A DNA stretch of 64,000 nucleotides from Amoebidium appalachense (GCA_963693365.1 CAVNZM010000008.1:2046001-2110000), one strand, 5' to 3'; numbered from the stretch's first letter, positions 11,448 to 23,328 are shown. Notes: generated from the letters alone by a model not told the origin. Numbers and translations are program-made.

Positions 11448-14400
11448 ATGGCCATCACAACAGCCGACGGTGGAAACCCGTGGAGGCCATGGGAGGTCCC
11501 TGCCTCTGCATCTCCAGACTTAGTCACCCACCCCAAACGGTTACCGCACGAAAGTGATAAACCAGAGATACAGTCAGCGCAGAACCAACAACCTCCTACG
11601 CACACATCACTTACCAGCGGCACCAATCATGTGACTTCATGTGTACCTAAACTTCCAATAGCACCACCGCGGTTGGCATTGGCACGGGTACCTTCCGCAC
11701 CGCCCGCGAATGAAAACGCACGGCTACTGGCATCAAGGTCATGGGGAGAGTTGGATGCACAGAGACACGCACAGTCCCACACACCAGTACAGCCGGTGTC
11801 AGCAGGCCCACACAGCCAACCACACACACCGCAGGCGTTTTTTCCACCACCACCAACACCAAGGGCTATCATCGACGATGTTACACAAAAAACGTCACTT
11901 CCGCAAACACGCGACAACACACCCACCGGTTGGACAGCTAGCCCTGATTCCACCTTTCAGAGCCCTGGGCACACTCAGTATTCACGAAGATGGTCGGGAG
12001 ACTTTTCTCATACCCAAACACCACCACCGCAAATGCGCCACCTACCTCATAGTGTGGGTCCGCCCATGCATATGCCACCACCCTACGCATACCCCAACCC
12101 AAACCTAGCGACTCATTATACACACCCACGGACAGCTCTGTCACATTATGCCCCTATTCATCCTGTATACATGGCCCCAGGATTGGTTAAAATGCGACTA
12201 GATGTGATGAATAACGAAGGGGTATCACCTGGTTACCATCGCGGCGGCTATGATATTAACGGTTCGGGCGCAAAACGCAAAAAGCAGCTGCAGCCTATTG
12301 TGCGGACAAATAGACCGTGCCTGCATTGTGGTGTTGTGGCATCGTGTACCTGGAGGTAGGTGTTGGAGTACACTGGTACTCCCGGCTAGCAATGTCTGTT
12401 AGAGAAAGTTTCTGAGCAATTGAATAACTGTTTCAACACTCACTCGAGTGCATAGAGCTTTTGTTTACGGTCATATTCATATATGGTAGTTATATGTTTG
12501 AGCCAAAACTGTACCAATGACGAGCTTCACTAGCAACGTGCTAATTGTGCTCATTAATTAATATTCCCGGTTCAGATGATGTCATGTCTATATTTGCCAC
12601 AGGATTCTATTCTTAGAGTGGTAGTGTGCTTTATTCCCGGATATTCTCAGAATATTTTTAGTTGTGTGAAGCAAGATTTACGTTTAACTGCAATTGGTGT
12701 GTTAAACACGTTTATTTGTGTGCTTTAGTGCAAGTTAACTAGCCACTCAACGTGCACAGTTAACTTTTATATCTTTAACGACTTGTTTTCATTGTGCTCT
12801 CTTTTCGGCCATGCTGTACATGGCCCACCACCAGGGTGCACACGAGGCCACCATGAGGTGGCCAACGACTATATAAAGCAGTGCCTCCCATGTCACAAAC
12901 ATGGGAAGCAGAACGTTTGATTTACACTTTTCTACTGTCGTTTCCAGTGCACAAAACACATAGACTAGTTACCCATCATACACGACACTATGTCTGACAA
13001 CTTACAGTTGCAGCAACTAGTCCAACTACTGGAGCAGAGGTTGGCCTCACAAGATGCAATCATTTCTGACTTACAGAAGGAACAACGTGCACTAGAACTA
13101 GCTTCTATGAACACAATGTCCAACAGGGTTATGGGCCCCTCACGTAATGATTCCATCAAGTTCAAGGTCGACATCCCTCTCTTCACTGGCATTGATAATG
13201 ATTCAGGCACGGACTACCACACATGGGCCGAAACCATGTATGTCCAGCTTTCTGGTGCTGGTCTTCTCCACACCATCGCGCCCAGTACGGAGCACCCGGC
13301 TACCCGTGAACAGGTCGACACTGCCCGTTCCTACCTGTGGCAAGCACTCTCGGTTGACGTGCGTTGTATCCTAGGGTTAACACGCACCACCACACCTGCG
13401 GAGATATGGTCGGCCCTATCTGCCCACTACCTGGAGCAATCTGAGGCCAATCAGTACGACCTTATCGGGCTGTACATGAATTCTACGCCTGAACCTACGG
13501 ACACCGCGACGAAATACGCCATGAAACTCCGCGGCTACGTGCGGCGCCTGGCCGATTACGGCACACAAATTGGTGATGCTCAAGTGCTGACCAAGCTCAC
13601 CAACGACCTCGGCAAGGTGCCTTACTACGAAATGCCTGTAATTGCCTACAAGATGACACCCAAGCCTACCGTGATGGGCCTCCTCCAACAGCTACGGGCA
13701 TATGAGACCAGCCACCCACGTGCACGTGTGACTACCAGCTCCGGGCCGGCCGCCTTCACCACACGGGCTCCTCAACCTGTCATCTGCCACGGCTGCGGCA
13801 AACCAGGCCACATCAAGTCTCAGTGCCCCAACGGCAACGGCCAACACAGCAACTCTGGCAACAACCGTGCCAGCACCTACCCCAAGGGTTCCTGCGTCAA
13901 CCACCCACTGTCTACCAGTCACACTACCGCCATGTGCAAGGGGGGCAACCGTGCCAACGGCCGCAAACCTAAGGGTGGTCCCCTCCCGCCTGGGTCCTGC
14001 ATCAACCACCCTGCCTCTACTACCCACACTACGGCACAGTGCAAGGGGGGGGCTGCCGCTCCCCGGGCTTTCCTCATGTCTAGCAACGACTGTGGCACCA
14101 ACAAGGTGCTCCTCGACTCTGGAGCCACTGACCATGTGTGCCCCCGGCCCGATGTGTTCATCAACATGCGTGCGGCGCCTTACTCCACGGTCCAAGTAGC
14201 CGACAAGGGTGCATGTGCAGTGCTTGGGGTGGGCGACGTGTTCTTTTCCAGCACCATCGACGGCGTTACTGCGGTGCATCAGCTGACGGATGTACTCTAC
14301 GTGCCCTCCATCCCCGACACTCTCATCAGTGTGTTCACGGCAACTACCAACGGTGTTTTACCCCGCTTTGACACCCGCGGCGGCGTTAAGTTGTGCTACG

Positions 14401-17400
14401 GCGATCAAATTCTGGCCACCGGCTCGGCTGTCGGCACCAAGCTGTACCACATGGCGGTGTCTCTTCTGCGCGCGGACACAACCCCGGACGCCCAAACCAC
14501 CACTGCTCCGCGTATCCTCAAGGTTACTGCCGACCTCAACACGTGGCACTACCGTCTGGGCCATGCTGGCATTGACGCTGTACGCTCGGTCATCAAGTCT
14601 GCAGGCCTGTTGGTGGGTGGCGGTGCCAAGTCTCCGGGTGTGTGTGAGCCCTGTGCCCTCGGCAAAGCCCACCGTGTTGCCTTCTCCGAATCAACTAGCC
14701 AAGCTCCCCGGGTCCTAGCCAAGGTTCACAGCGACATCAGCGGCCCCTTCCCTCCCGCGATCGGTGGTGCTCAGTACTTGGCGACGTTCCACGACGAATT
14801 CACCGGCCACACCACGGCCGTGCCCCTCGTCAAGAAGTCGGACACACTGGCTGCATATGTGACGTACCACAAGGCGGCGGTTACCCAACACGGTGTTCCC
14901 ATGCAGGTGTTTCAGTCCGACGGGGGGGGCGAGTACATGGGCACGGCCCGGGCCTTCGGGGACTACAACCGTGAGCATGGCATTCGCCATCAGATCACTA
15001 CCACCGGCTCTCCTCAACAGAATGGGACTGCCGAACGACTGAACCGGACCCTCCTCGACATGGTTCGGGCACTCCTGCAGCAGTCCGGCCTTCCGGTGGG
15101 ATTCTGGGCCGAGGCAGCTGTGACCGCGGCTTTTATACGCAACATGCTCCCGTCGCGAGCCACCGGCAGCCAATCGTCTCCCGCCCTGCTGTGGACCGGC
15201 ATTCCTCCCGACTACAGCCGGCTCCGTGTCTGGGGCTCTCCCTGCTACGTCCATCAACAGGATACACCGAAACTGGCGCCTCGTGCCGTCAAGGGCATCT
15301 TCGTGGGCTACCCTCCTAACATCAAGGGCTACAAGGTCTGGATTCCAGCAGCACACAAGATGACCGTCAGCCGTGACGTGCAGTTCGACGAGGCTGCTAT
15401 TCTGCACCCCCTCCGTGATGTCCCATCTGATTGGTCGACCGCACCGGCAATTCATCATTTTTTGGAGTCATCTGATTCGTCAAATCAGCCAGCCAATCAC
15501 ATCGTCCGGAATGATCAGCAATCTGATTCGTCTCGTCTGTCAGCCAATGGGACAGCGCCGAGTGATCAATTGGACATTCCGATCCTGCCCGAGCCTGCAC
15601 ATCGGCTCCCCCGGACGACCCGTAGTGGCGCTGTGTACAACGACCAACGTCGAGGCCCGACTGCCAACGTGGCTGCTGCTACGGCCCCCCTTGCCCCCCA
15701 GGCTACGGCTCCTGCATCAACACCCATCAAGGCTTCCACCATTGTTGTCCCCAAGACTGTCCGGGCTGCACTCAAGAGTCCCCAGCGTCTGAAATGGGAG
15801 GAGGCTGCACACCGTGAGCTCAAGGCCCTGGAAGACAACGGCACCTTCACCCTTGTGCCCCGTCCAGAGGATGGCTCCACTGTCATTCCGGTCGGCTGGG
15901 TCTTTACGGTCAAGCAGGACAACGTCGGCAACGTCACTGCTTTCAAGGCCCGGCTTGTGGCCCGGGGCAACTACCAGCAGCCTGGCCAGGACTATTTCGT
16001 CACCGAGTCACCTGTGGCTGCGCTGGCTACCATCCGGCTGGTTTTGGCTACCTCCGTGGCCCAAGGTCTGCCTCTGCGCCACATCGACGTCAACACAGCA
16101 TTCCTCAACGGCACCGTCAACGAGACCATCTACATTGAGCAGCCCCCTGGCTTCGTCAACCCCTCGGCCCCCCATGCTGTCGGCTTGCTCCACAAGGCGC
16201 TCTACGGCCTAAAACAGGCACCGCGCCAGTGGTATGAGGCCCTCCGTGACCATCTCCTCGACCAAGGCTTCATTGTGAGTGCTGCTGACCCGTGCCTGTT
16301 CATCAAGAATGCCGGGACCCCAACGTTTATTGCCCTTGCTGCCTACGTGGATGACTTCACCGTGACGGCCGCCACTGATGCGCTCATCGACGATTTTTTC
16401 ACCAAGCTGGATGCTCGTTTCTCTGCCAAGGACCTGGGTCGTCCTACCCTGCTCATCGGGCACACTCTTACCTGGCTGGAGGACGGGTCTCTGCGTCTGG
16501 GCCATCGTCAACACATCATCGACTTGGCTGCCCGTTTTCGTCTCACCCACATGTCCGGCACCAAGACCCCCATCGTCCCGGGCCAGGCCAGTGAAAGCAA
16601 CAAGACCCCAGCCTACAGCAAGAAGGAGGACTATGCCAGCCTGGTCGGTGCCCTGCTGTGGATTGCGCGTACCACCCGCCCCGACATTTCCCAGGCTCTG
16701 GGAGTCCTTACTCGACACATTCATGCGCCCACCGTCACCCACTGGACTATGGCTACCAGAGTTGTAAGCTACCTGCTGGCCACCATCGACCTGGGTATTG
16801 TCTACCGTCCCGGCCCCCCCAACCTTGTTGGCTACTCCGACTCCGACTACGCCGAGGACCGCGACACCCGGCGCTCCACCACGGGCTATGTCTTCTTCAT
16901 CAACTCCTCCCCTGTGTCCTGGGTGTCTCGGCTCCAGTCCATCACCACCCACAGCTCCACTGAGGCTGAATTTGTGGCCATGTCTGCTGCTACGAACGAG
17001 GCCCTATGGCTCAACTATGTGATGGACGACCTGGGCCTTAATCCTATCAATGAGCCCACCCCGGTGCCCATCCATGGGGACAATGAGTCTGCCCGGGCCC
17101 TGCTGGACACCCTGGGGGTTAAGCCCAAGACCAAGCACATCGACGTCCGCTACTGCTCCGTCAAGGAACATCACCTGCTGGGCAACATCACTGTGGTCCC
17201 GGTGGCTTCTGCTGACAACAAGGCCGACATGTTCACCAAGGCCCTGTCTGCCTCTTTCTTCACCAAGGCCGTGGGGATGCTCAACATGTGCTGAGCACCC
17301 GTCATCAACCAACTGCGCCCTCATACTTCAGGGGGGGGGAGAGAGTTGCATCCGACTGTGCAACTACGTGTACCATACTAAAATTGAGTAGGGGAATCTT

Positions 17401-18255
17401 TATTGTCTGTATTTTGTGCACCTGAAGCACTCGAGCTCAGTTGCATTAATTCATACCACAATTATCCAATTGAGTAGGGGTGTTGGAGTACACTGGTACT
17501 CCCGGCTAGCAATGTCTGTTAGAGAAAGTTTCTGAGCAATTGAATAACTGTTTCAACACTCACTCGAGTGCATAGAGCTTTTGTTTACGGTCATATTCAT
17601 ATATGGTAGTTATATGTTTGAGCCAAAACTGTACCAATGACGAGCTTCACTAGCAACGTGCTAATTGTGCTCATTAATTAATATTCCCGGTTCAGATGAT
17701 GTCATGTCTATATTTGCCACAGGATTCTATTCTTAGAGTGGTAGTGTGCTTTATTCCCGGATATTCTCAGAATATTTTTAGTTGTGTGAAGCAAGATTTA
17801 CGTTTAACTGCAATTGGTGTGTTAAACACGTTTATTTGTGTGCTTTAGTGCAAGTTAACTAGCCACTCAACGTGCACAGTTAACTTTTATATCTTTAACG
17901 ACTTGTTTTCATTGTGCTCTCTTTTCGGCCATGCTGTACATGGCCCACCACCAGGGTGCACACGAGGCCACCATGAGGTGGCCAACGACTATATAAAGCA
18001 GTGCCTCCCATGTCACAAACATGGGAAGCAGAACGTTTGATTTACACTTTTCTACTGTCGTTTCCAGTGCACAAAACACATAGACTAGTTACCCATCATA
18101 CACGACACTATGTCTGACAACTTACAGTTGCAGCAACTAGTCCAACTACTGGAGCAGAGGTTGGCCTCACAAGATGCAATCATTTCTGACTTACAGAAGG
18201 AACAACGTGCACTAGAACTAGCTTCTATGAACACAATGTCCAACAGTAGGGCCGC

Positions 18256-18321
<66 letters not shown>

Positions 18322-18809
18322 ACCCCGTTAAGGAACCGATTGGAATAACACTTGGTTCCGGACTTATTTCCTAATGAAACCTGGGTTATTCCGGGGTCCG
18401 AGTCCACTTAGTGGTGGTATTTAGGATTATTCCGGTTTTGTGTGGAAAGCATTGTATCTACACACACGTATTCACGAGACCTACCTTCCTTTTCCACACA
18501 ACTATCAGAGAGGCATTGTCCATGACTCGTCTGCTATTGGCAGGGGTACTTGAGATTATTGTTTTTATTCTTGTGTTGATTTAGCTACATACACACACAC
18601 ACATGCTCCATGTCATTGTCCACATACCCGTGGAATGGTTTCGGGTGTGTGCTTAACACAGGCGCAGTTCCTATCACTTCCTCTTTCTTTTAGCCATATC
18701 TTTGCGTGAGTTGCTCGCTCGCGACACATAGCCAATCATTCTCTTATGTGTCGTCAGAACGAACTAACTTAGCGCGTGTTCGTGTGTAGATGCGAGTATG
18801 CCCGGGAAA

Positions 18810-18853
<44 letters not shown>

Positions 18854-19351
18854 TAGGGGGGGGAGGGGGGGGGGGGGGAGAAAGGGGGTGCAGGTGGTGA
18901 TGGTGGTGGTGGTGGGGGGGGGGGGGGGGGGGGGAACAGGAATGTGTTGACAGCTCTTTTCCCGCATACAGGCCTGGGCCTATGGGTAGCGGAACATTGT
19001 GCAACACTTGCGGGTGAGTCCCCAACACAATCCCCCCCTCCCCCCCCCTTCTCCCCGGCCCCTCCCTCCCTTCCCTCCCCTTCCCCCTTCCCCCCCTCCC
19101 CACCCCTCTCCCCCCCCCCCACCCCCTCTAACTCCACTCCTGATAAGGCTGACTGACGTAAGTTACTCCAACCAATCACTTCAAGTTGATTCCTATCTCC
19201 CCCCCCCCCCCCCCCCCCCCCCCCCTTACACCCCATTAAATAAGGGAAGGAGGGCGAGAATGGAAAAAGGGAAAGGGAATAATATACACAGAAAGGGCTT
19301 CCCGGGCTGAAAAAAATGACCGGGGGGCGGGGGGGTGTGGGGTGGGGGGGT

Positions 19352-19385
<34 letters not shown>

Positions 19386-20084
19386 GGATAAATAGGCCCT
19401 CGGGTTGAGGTAGTTACTGTTCGGCATGATGGGCAATCTACCATGGATCGGAGTACGGTAAGTGGAAACATGTAGTTAAAGAGAACCATGGAGGCCTAGG
19501 GTGTAAAGCCCATTGAGTTCTTAAAAGAGGTGTAAAGATAGGGTCACGTGAGTGCTCGAGAGAGGCCCCGTGGTGTGTGTGTTGTGTGCGAGGGGGGGAA
19601 GAGGGGGGGGGGAGGGGGGGTGGGGGGAGGGGGGATGTGGGCACAAAGGTGGCCAGAGCAGCCACGTGTGAAAAGGCGTCTACACAGCTCTATGTAGTGA
19701 TCTCCCCCCTCCCTCCCTCCCTCCGCATCCCCTCACCAGTCCTCCCCCCCCCCCCCCCCCCCCCTGGCGCCCCAAAACCTCACACCGCTGCCTATGCCCA
19801 AAACCTCACACCGCTGCCTATAGTACCTCAACAGCTATCGGCGCCCTAAAGCTTCTTCCCCTGCCCATCTCGAGTACCCCTTTTTATGTTATCCTTTATC
19901 CTTGGCATGCACACACACCGACACGACACATCCCCCCCTCCCCCTCCCCCCCCCCCCCCAACTTTTTTTTTTTTTTTTTTTTTTTTGCAGCTACTACTAC
20001 CGGCGGCACGGCAAGCTTCTGGCCAAGAGGCAGTTAAGTGCTGTCAGCCGGGGGGAGGGGGGTGATGCAGGAAGCAACTGTTGA
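11448..20084 (+). CDS. GATA-type zinc-finger transcription factor (CX2CX18CX2C), 3 exons: 11448-12355, 18972-19013, 19991-20084
   Basis: Pro/His/Gln-rich N-terminus, basic KRKK, then the spliced finger CLHCGVVASCTWR|PGPMGSGTLCNTCG|YYYRRHGKLLAKRQ matching the GATA consensus; canonical GT/AG sites with matching phases; TGA at 20082-20084. Confidence 0.85.
12361..13125 (+). repeat. 5' LTR of copia copy 1
   Basis: TG...CA ends with 7-bp terminal inverted repeats; TATATAAA at 12870-12877; no difference from the 3' LTR seen by eye. Confidence 0.95.
12990..17294 (+). CDS. Copia gag-pol polyprotein, 1434 aa
   Basis: CCHC knuckle CHGCGKPGHIKSQC; protease LLDSGATDH; integrase HHCC (WHYRLGH..CEPC) and DDE (VHSDISG, FQSDGGGEY, NGTAERLNR); RT (FKARLVARG, IDVNTAFLNG, LYGLKQAPRQW, YVDD); RNase H (GYSDSDYA, SSTEAE, GDN, ADMFTKAL). 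Confidence 0.97.
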   Translation: MSDNLQLQQLVQLLEQRLASQDAIISDLQKEQRALELASMNTMSNRVMGPSRNDSIKFKVDIPLFTGIDNDSGTDYHTWAETMYVQLSGAGLLHTIAPSTEHPATREQVDTARSYLWQALSVDVRCILGLTRTTTPAEIWSALSAHYLEQSEANQYDLIGLYMNSTPEPTDTATKYAMKLRGYVRRLADYGTQIGDAQVLTKLTNDLGKVPYYEMPVIAYKMTPKPTVMGLLQQLRAYETSHPRARVTTSSGPAAFTTRAPQPVICHGCGKPGHIKSQCPNGNGQHSNSGNNRASTYPKGSCVNHPLSTSHTTAMCKGGNRANGRKPKGGPLPPGSCINHPASTTHTTAQCKGGAAAPRAFLMSSNDCGTNKVLLDSGATDHVCPRPDVFINMRAAPYSTVQVADKGACAVLGVGDVFFSSTIDGVTAVHQLTDVLYVPSIPDTLISVFTATTNGVLPRFDTRGGVKLCYGDQILATGSAVGTKLYHMAVSLLRADTTPDAQTTTAPRILKVTADLNTWHYRLGHAGIDAVRSVIKSAGLLVGGGAKSPGVCEPCALGKAHRVAFSESTSQAPRVLAKVHSDISGPFPPAIGGAQYLATFHDEFTGHTTAVPLVKKSDTLAAYVTYHKAAVTQHGVPMQVFQSDGGGEYMGTARAFGDYNREHGIRHQITTTGSPQQNGTAERLNRTLLDMVRALLQQSGLPVGFWAEAAVTAAFIRNMLPSRATGSQSSPALLWTGIPPDYSRLRVWGSPCYVHQQDTPKLAPRAVKGIFVGYPPNIKGYKVWIPAAHKMTVSRDVQFDEAAILHPLRDVPSDWSTAPAIHHFLESSDSSNQPANHIVRNDQQSDSSRLSANGTAPSDQLDIPILPEPAHRLPRTTRSGAVYNDQRRGPTANVAAATAPLAPQATAPASTPIKASTIVVPKTVRAALKSPQRLKWEEAAHRELKALEDNGTFTLVPRPEDGSTVIPVGWVFTVKQDNVGNVTAFKARLVARGNYQQPGQDYFVTESPVAALATIRLVLATSVAQGLPLRHIDVNTAFLNGTVNETIYIEQPPGFVNPSAPHAVGLLHKALYGLKQAPRQWYEALRDHLLDQGFIVSAADPCLFIKNAGTPTFIALAAYVDDFTVTAATDALIDDFFTKLDARFSAKDLGRPTLLIGHTLTWLEDGSLRLGHRQHIIDLAARFRLTHMSGTKTPIVPGQASESNKTPAYSKKEDYASLVGALLWIARTTRPDISQALGVLTRHIHAPTVTHWTMATRVVSYLLATIDLGIVYRPGPPNLVGYSDSDYAEDRDTRRSTTGYVFFINSSPVSWVSRLQSITTHSSTEAEFVAMSAATNEALWLNYVMDDLGLNPINEPTPVPIHGDNESARALLDTLGVKPKTKHIDVRYCSVKEHHLLGNITVVPVASADNKADMFTKALSASFFTKAVGMLNMC
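13127..13138 (+). promoter_or_regulatory. Primer-binding site of the half-tRNA(iMet) type
   Basis: GGTTATGGGCCC one base after the 5' LTR; resembles the Drosophila copia/Ty5-type PBS, which pairs with the internal anticodon region of initiator tRNA-Met. Confidence 0.8.
17468..17480 (+). promoter_or_regulatory. Polypurine tract adjacent to the 3' LTR
   Basis: AATTGAGTAGGGG immediately before the TGTTGG start of the 3' LTR. Confidence 0.7.
17481..18245 (+). repeat. 3' LTR of copia copy 1
   Basis: 765-bp direct repeat of 12361-13125, followed by the TSD GTAGG. Confidence 0.95.
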
Positions 20085-21409
20085 AATGGAGACAGGCCAC
20101 AATCAGATGAATACGGATGCTTTTTAGGGAAGTTTTTTTATTTTTTTTTTCATGCTTACGCTTTTTGCCATCGGTTTTCTTGTAAATCACCCTTTTGGTT
20201 GCAAAACCAGTACATCGTTACCTAAAAACAAACCTCAGACCAAAGTGATAGGTCTGCAACTGACAGCGGCATAGAGCGTAAGTGCGCCGGTAAACTAGAA
20301 CCTAAAAGTGTGTAGTTTAGTAACTTAGTCGATTCAAGCAAAAACCGTTAAATTCCACACCTGCACAGCAAAATCTAATGCAGTACGCGATACGATGGTT
20401 TGTAGAGTAAAGCAGGCACAATTCATAATGACCAATTAGTAGTCTGGTGATATGTTTGTACAAAAGGTGCTACAGTAGTTCAGTTTTAGTCTTCCTGTAC
20501 GTGCTTGTGTAATCGGCTTTTTTTGATGTTGACGATTTCACCGCATATATATGTGCTCCATAGCAATAACACATGGGCATGTTAGCGAATTAATATGGCA
20601 GAGTAGTGGCAGAAGTTAAGCCTTGTACATGCATATGCTATAGATTGTGTATAAAAACTCCTTGTGCGTTACAATAAGTAGTCTAATGTGCTGAAGCTCA
20701 ACAGCATGCTCCTGAAATGTTATCGGTAAAGACCCGAGACTCCCAAAATGTCAGTCACTCTGTACATGTGCATAATGCGTACCCCCTTCCTTTTCTACTA
20801 GAAATCATGAGAATAGTTACTGAATATAGTCAGAGCTGCGGTTTGTTTCTTCACCGTGATCGTTCCGTTTGTATGCATATGTAAATGCCATGATTCGCTG
20901 TGCAATACAACCTAGTATATGCTCAAGGTCTTAAAAAACGTCCGAATTTGCGTGAATTCCCGAACTTATGATTGGCACACACACACAACACCTCATGATG
21001 TCAATCGCAAACAGCACACGCAGGGGCAGAAAGGCCCAACATCCCCTCCCGCCCCTCCCCCCCACTCGAGTCCGTAGGTCCACCCTCCAGATTGCACCTC
21101 CAACGTGCCTTGACACTTCTCTTCCTTCCCATTCCTCCCTCTCCCTTCCCACGTCTCCCCCCCCCCCCCCCCTCCCCCTCCCCCCACCCACCCAACATGT
21201 GCACACACACACACACACTCATACCTGCCAGGTCCCTGCGGTTCGTCCCACCTTTCGCCCGTCCCTTATCCCTCCCCTCCATCACTCCAGAGGCTCTCCA
21301 CCTGCAACCTCCCCACCCCCCTCCCCAAACACCCCGTGCTCTTTCCTCACTCATCCGCCCTTTCTCCCGCATTTTCATCTTTGCTCGATCCCACCTTTCT
21401 TCCCCCCCC

Positions 21410-21445
<36 letters not shown>

Positions 21446-21560
21446 CCCCCACTCCTAAGAGCCTAAGCGGCATGGTGCATATGCAAATCATAAGGAGATA
21501 ATGAATGGTGTGGGAGAGGGGGAAGAGAATATTAACTATATTGATCGTTCGTTTCGGGGG

Positions 21561-21594
<34 letters not shown>

Positions 21595-21817
21595 ATGGGT
21601 TCGTCGGTGGGGGTGGGGGGATGGGGAAGAAGAGGGGTTGAGAGGAGCGTGGCCGGGGGGGGGGGGGGGGGGGGAAGGGGGAAGGGGAGTTTTAGAGAGA
21701 TATCGACGGGTTCGTTCAAGAGTACACAACCACTTTTGCTCCTAAAAATGGACCACACACACACACGCACACATGCACACGCATGCAAACACATGCACAC
21801 ACACACACACAACACAC

Positions 21818-21878
<61 letters not shown>

Positions 21879-22111
21879 TCACACACACACACACACACAC
21901 ACTTTATTTGCACATGCACACTCACACACCAAACGTCGTGTGCACGTGCGGTCCTGTGCACGGTGGGCAGTGATGTTGGCAGGTGAGGCGCGTGAGTGTG
22001 TGTGTGTACGGTATCACAAACACACACAAACACGAGCGTCGTATACATGCGTGAGCGCACGCGTGTGTGCGTGTGTGCAAATGTGTGTCACACCTCTCCC
22101 TCTCTCTCTCT

Positions 22112-22165
<54 letters not shown>

Positions 22166-23261
22166 CCTCTCTCTCGTTCTCTCTCTGGCTCACCCAGCCC
22201 TCCTGCGTTTCTCCCTGTGTGTGTGTTGTGTCGTAGCCGTGTGTGTGTGTGCATCCGTGGGTGCTTGCGCATCTTCACGCTCTGCGCGCGTGTGTGACAC
22301 ATGCTGGGCGGTGCACGACTTGTTCATCCTAACATCAGTACACCCTATAGTGTGTAAACCCCTCCTATTTGTGCCCAAGGAGGGCCCGTTCTCGGAATAC
22401 TGCAACTCACCCACAAAGAGTACCAGCCCATTTCAGGCGCGGTGGCTCTAAAAAAAGTTGACTGCATGGCCCGTGGCTCCGTCCGATTTCCGCAGCCCAA
22501 ATACAAGTGTGCGCGCAAACCTAATATTATATGGCTGCATGTGCACCTAAAGTGTAGTAGGGGACACCTTTCAGATCGTCCGACGCCACAAATACAGACG
22601 GGCAAAACAAATTTGCACGTAACACATGGATAGCTTGGGGCCGCTGTGAAATTTTGAAGACGAACCGGGCAAATTGATTGGATGGCCCTTTAATTTTATA
22701 AGCGGGCAGCCATGCACTCATGCAATTCATATGTACATAATCGTGATCAGTTTTTGGATAATGATAACCGTAAGAAGGAAGTGCACGTGATATAGGCAGG
22801 AACACCGACAGAAGGCATTTATTATTATTTGAAGAAGTGACCTCATGATCCAAAAGAGCTCAAAATAAGAGCTGCTATTCAGTGAACATTTTTACTATGG
22901 TTATAATAACCAATCATCTATTGGTTTAAATATTTAAATTAAATCATATCACTGCAGTAGAAGGTTGCCACTGCACTATATCAGCAAGGATTAGGACCGT
23001 TTTTATCTGCTGCCTTATAAGCTAAATCTCAATCAGCAAAAACGGGATTCAAAAAATATTACATGCAGAAGTCACCTGCTTTTTCAGAATTGCCTTTGAA
23101 AAAATAATTTATGTTTTCTACATTGTCAGCCTATGCACAAAAATATTCACACAACCGATAGTCCCTATGACAGGATGCCTAGATGGCTCTAGGATAAGGA
23201 AGAGCAGGGTAGAAGGACCATACAGGCTTACTTCAAAAATCACATGGAGCTTACCCCACTC

Positions 23262-23293
<32 letters not shown>

Positions 23294-23328
23294 ACCACCA
23301 CCACCACACACATACACACACACACATA

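Larger units (their letters stand above)
12361..18245 (+). mobile_element. Full-length Ty1/copia LTR retrotransposon (5885 bp), copy 1
   Basis: Two 765-bp LTRs bounded by TGTTGGA...TCCAACA; 5-bp TSD GTAGG (12356-12360 and 18246-18250); PBS, PPT and one uninterrupted gag-pol ORF in copia order PR-IN-RT-RH. Confidence 0.98.

Noticed and set aside
13416-17324. Antisense and alternative-frame ORFs within copia (up to 247 aa)
   Set aside because: Expected shadows of a GC-rich ORF; no recognisable motifs.
18110-18331. 73-aa ORF identical to the Gag N-terminus
   Set aside because: It is the gag start contained in the 3' LTR reading into flanking poly-C and poly-A, not a separate gene.
19772-19822. 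Short two-unit tandem duplication (another at ~9310-9385)
   Set aside because: Two units with no spacers; ordinary slippage duplications, not CRISPR-like.
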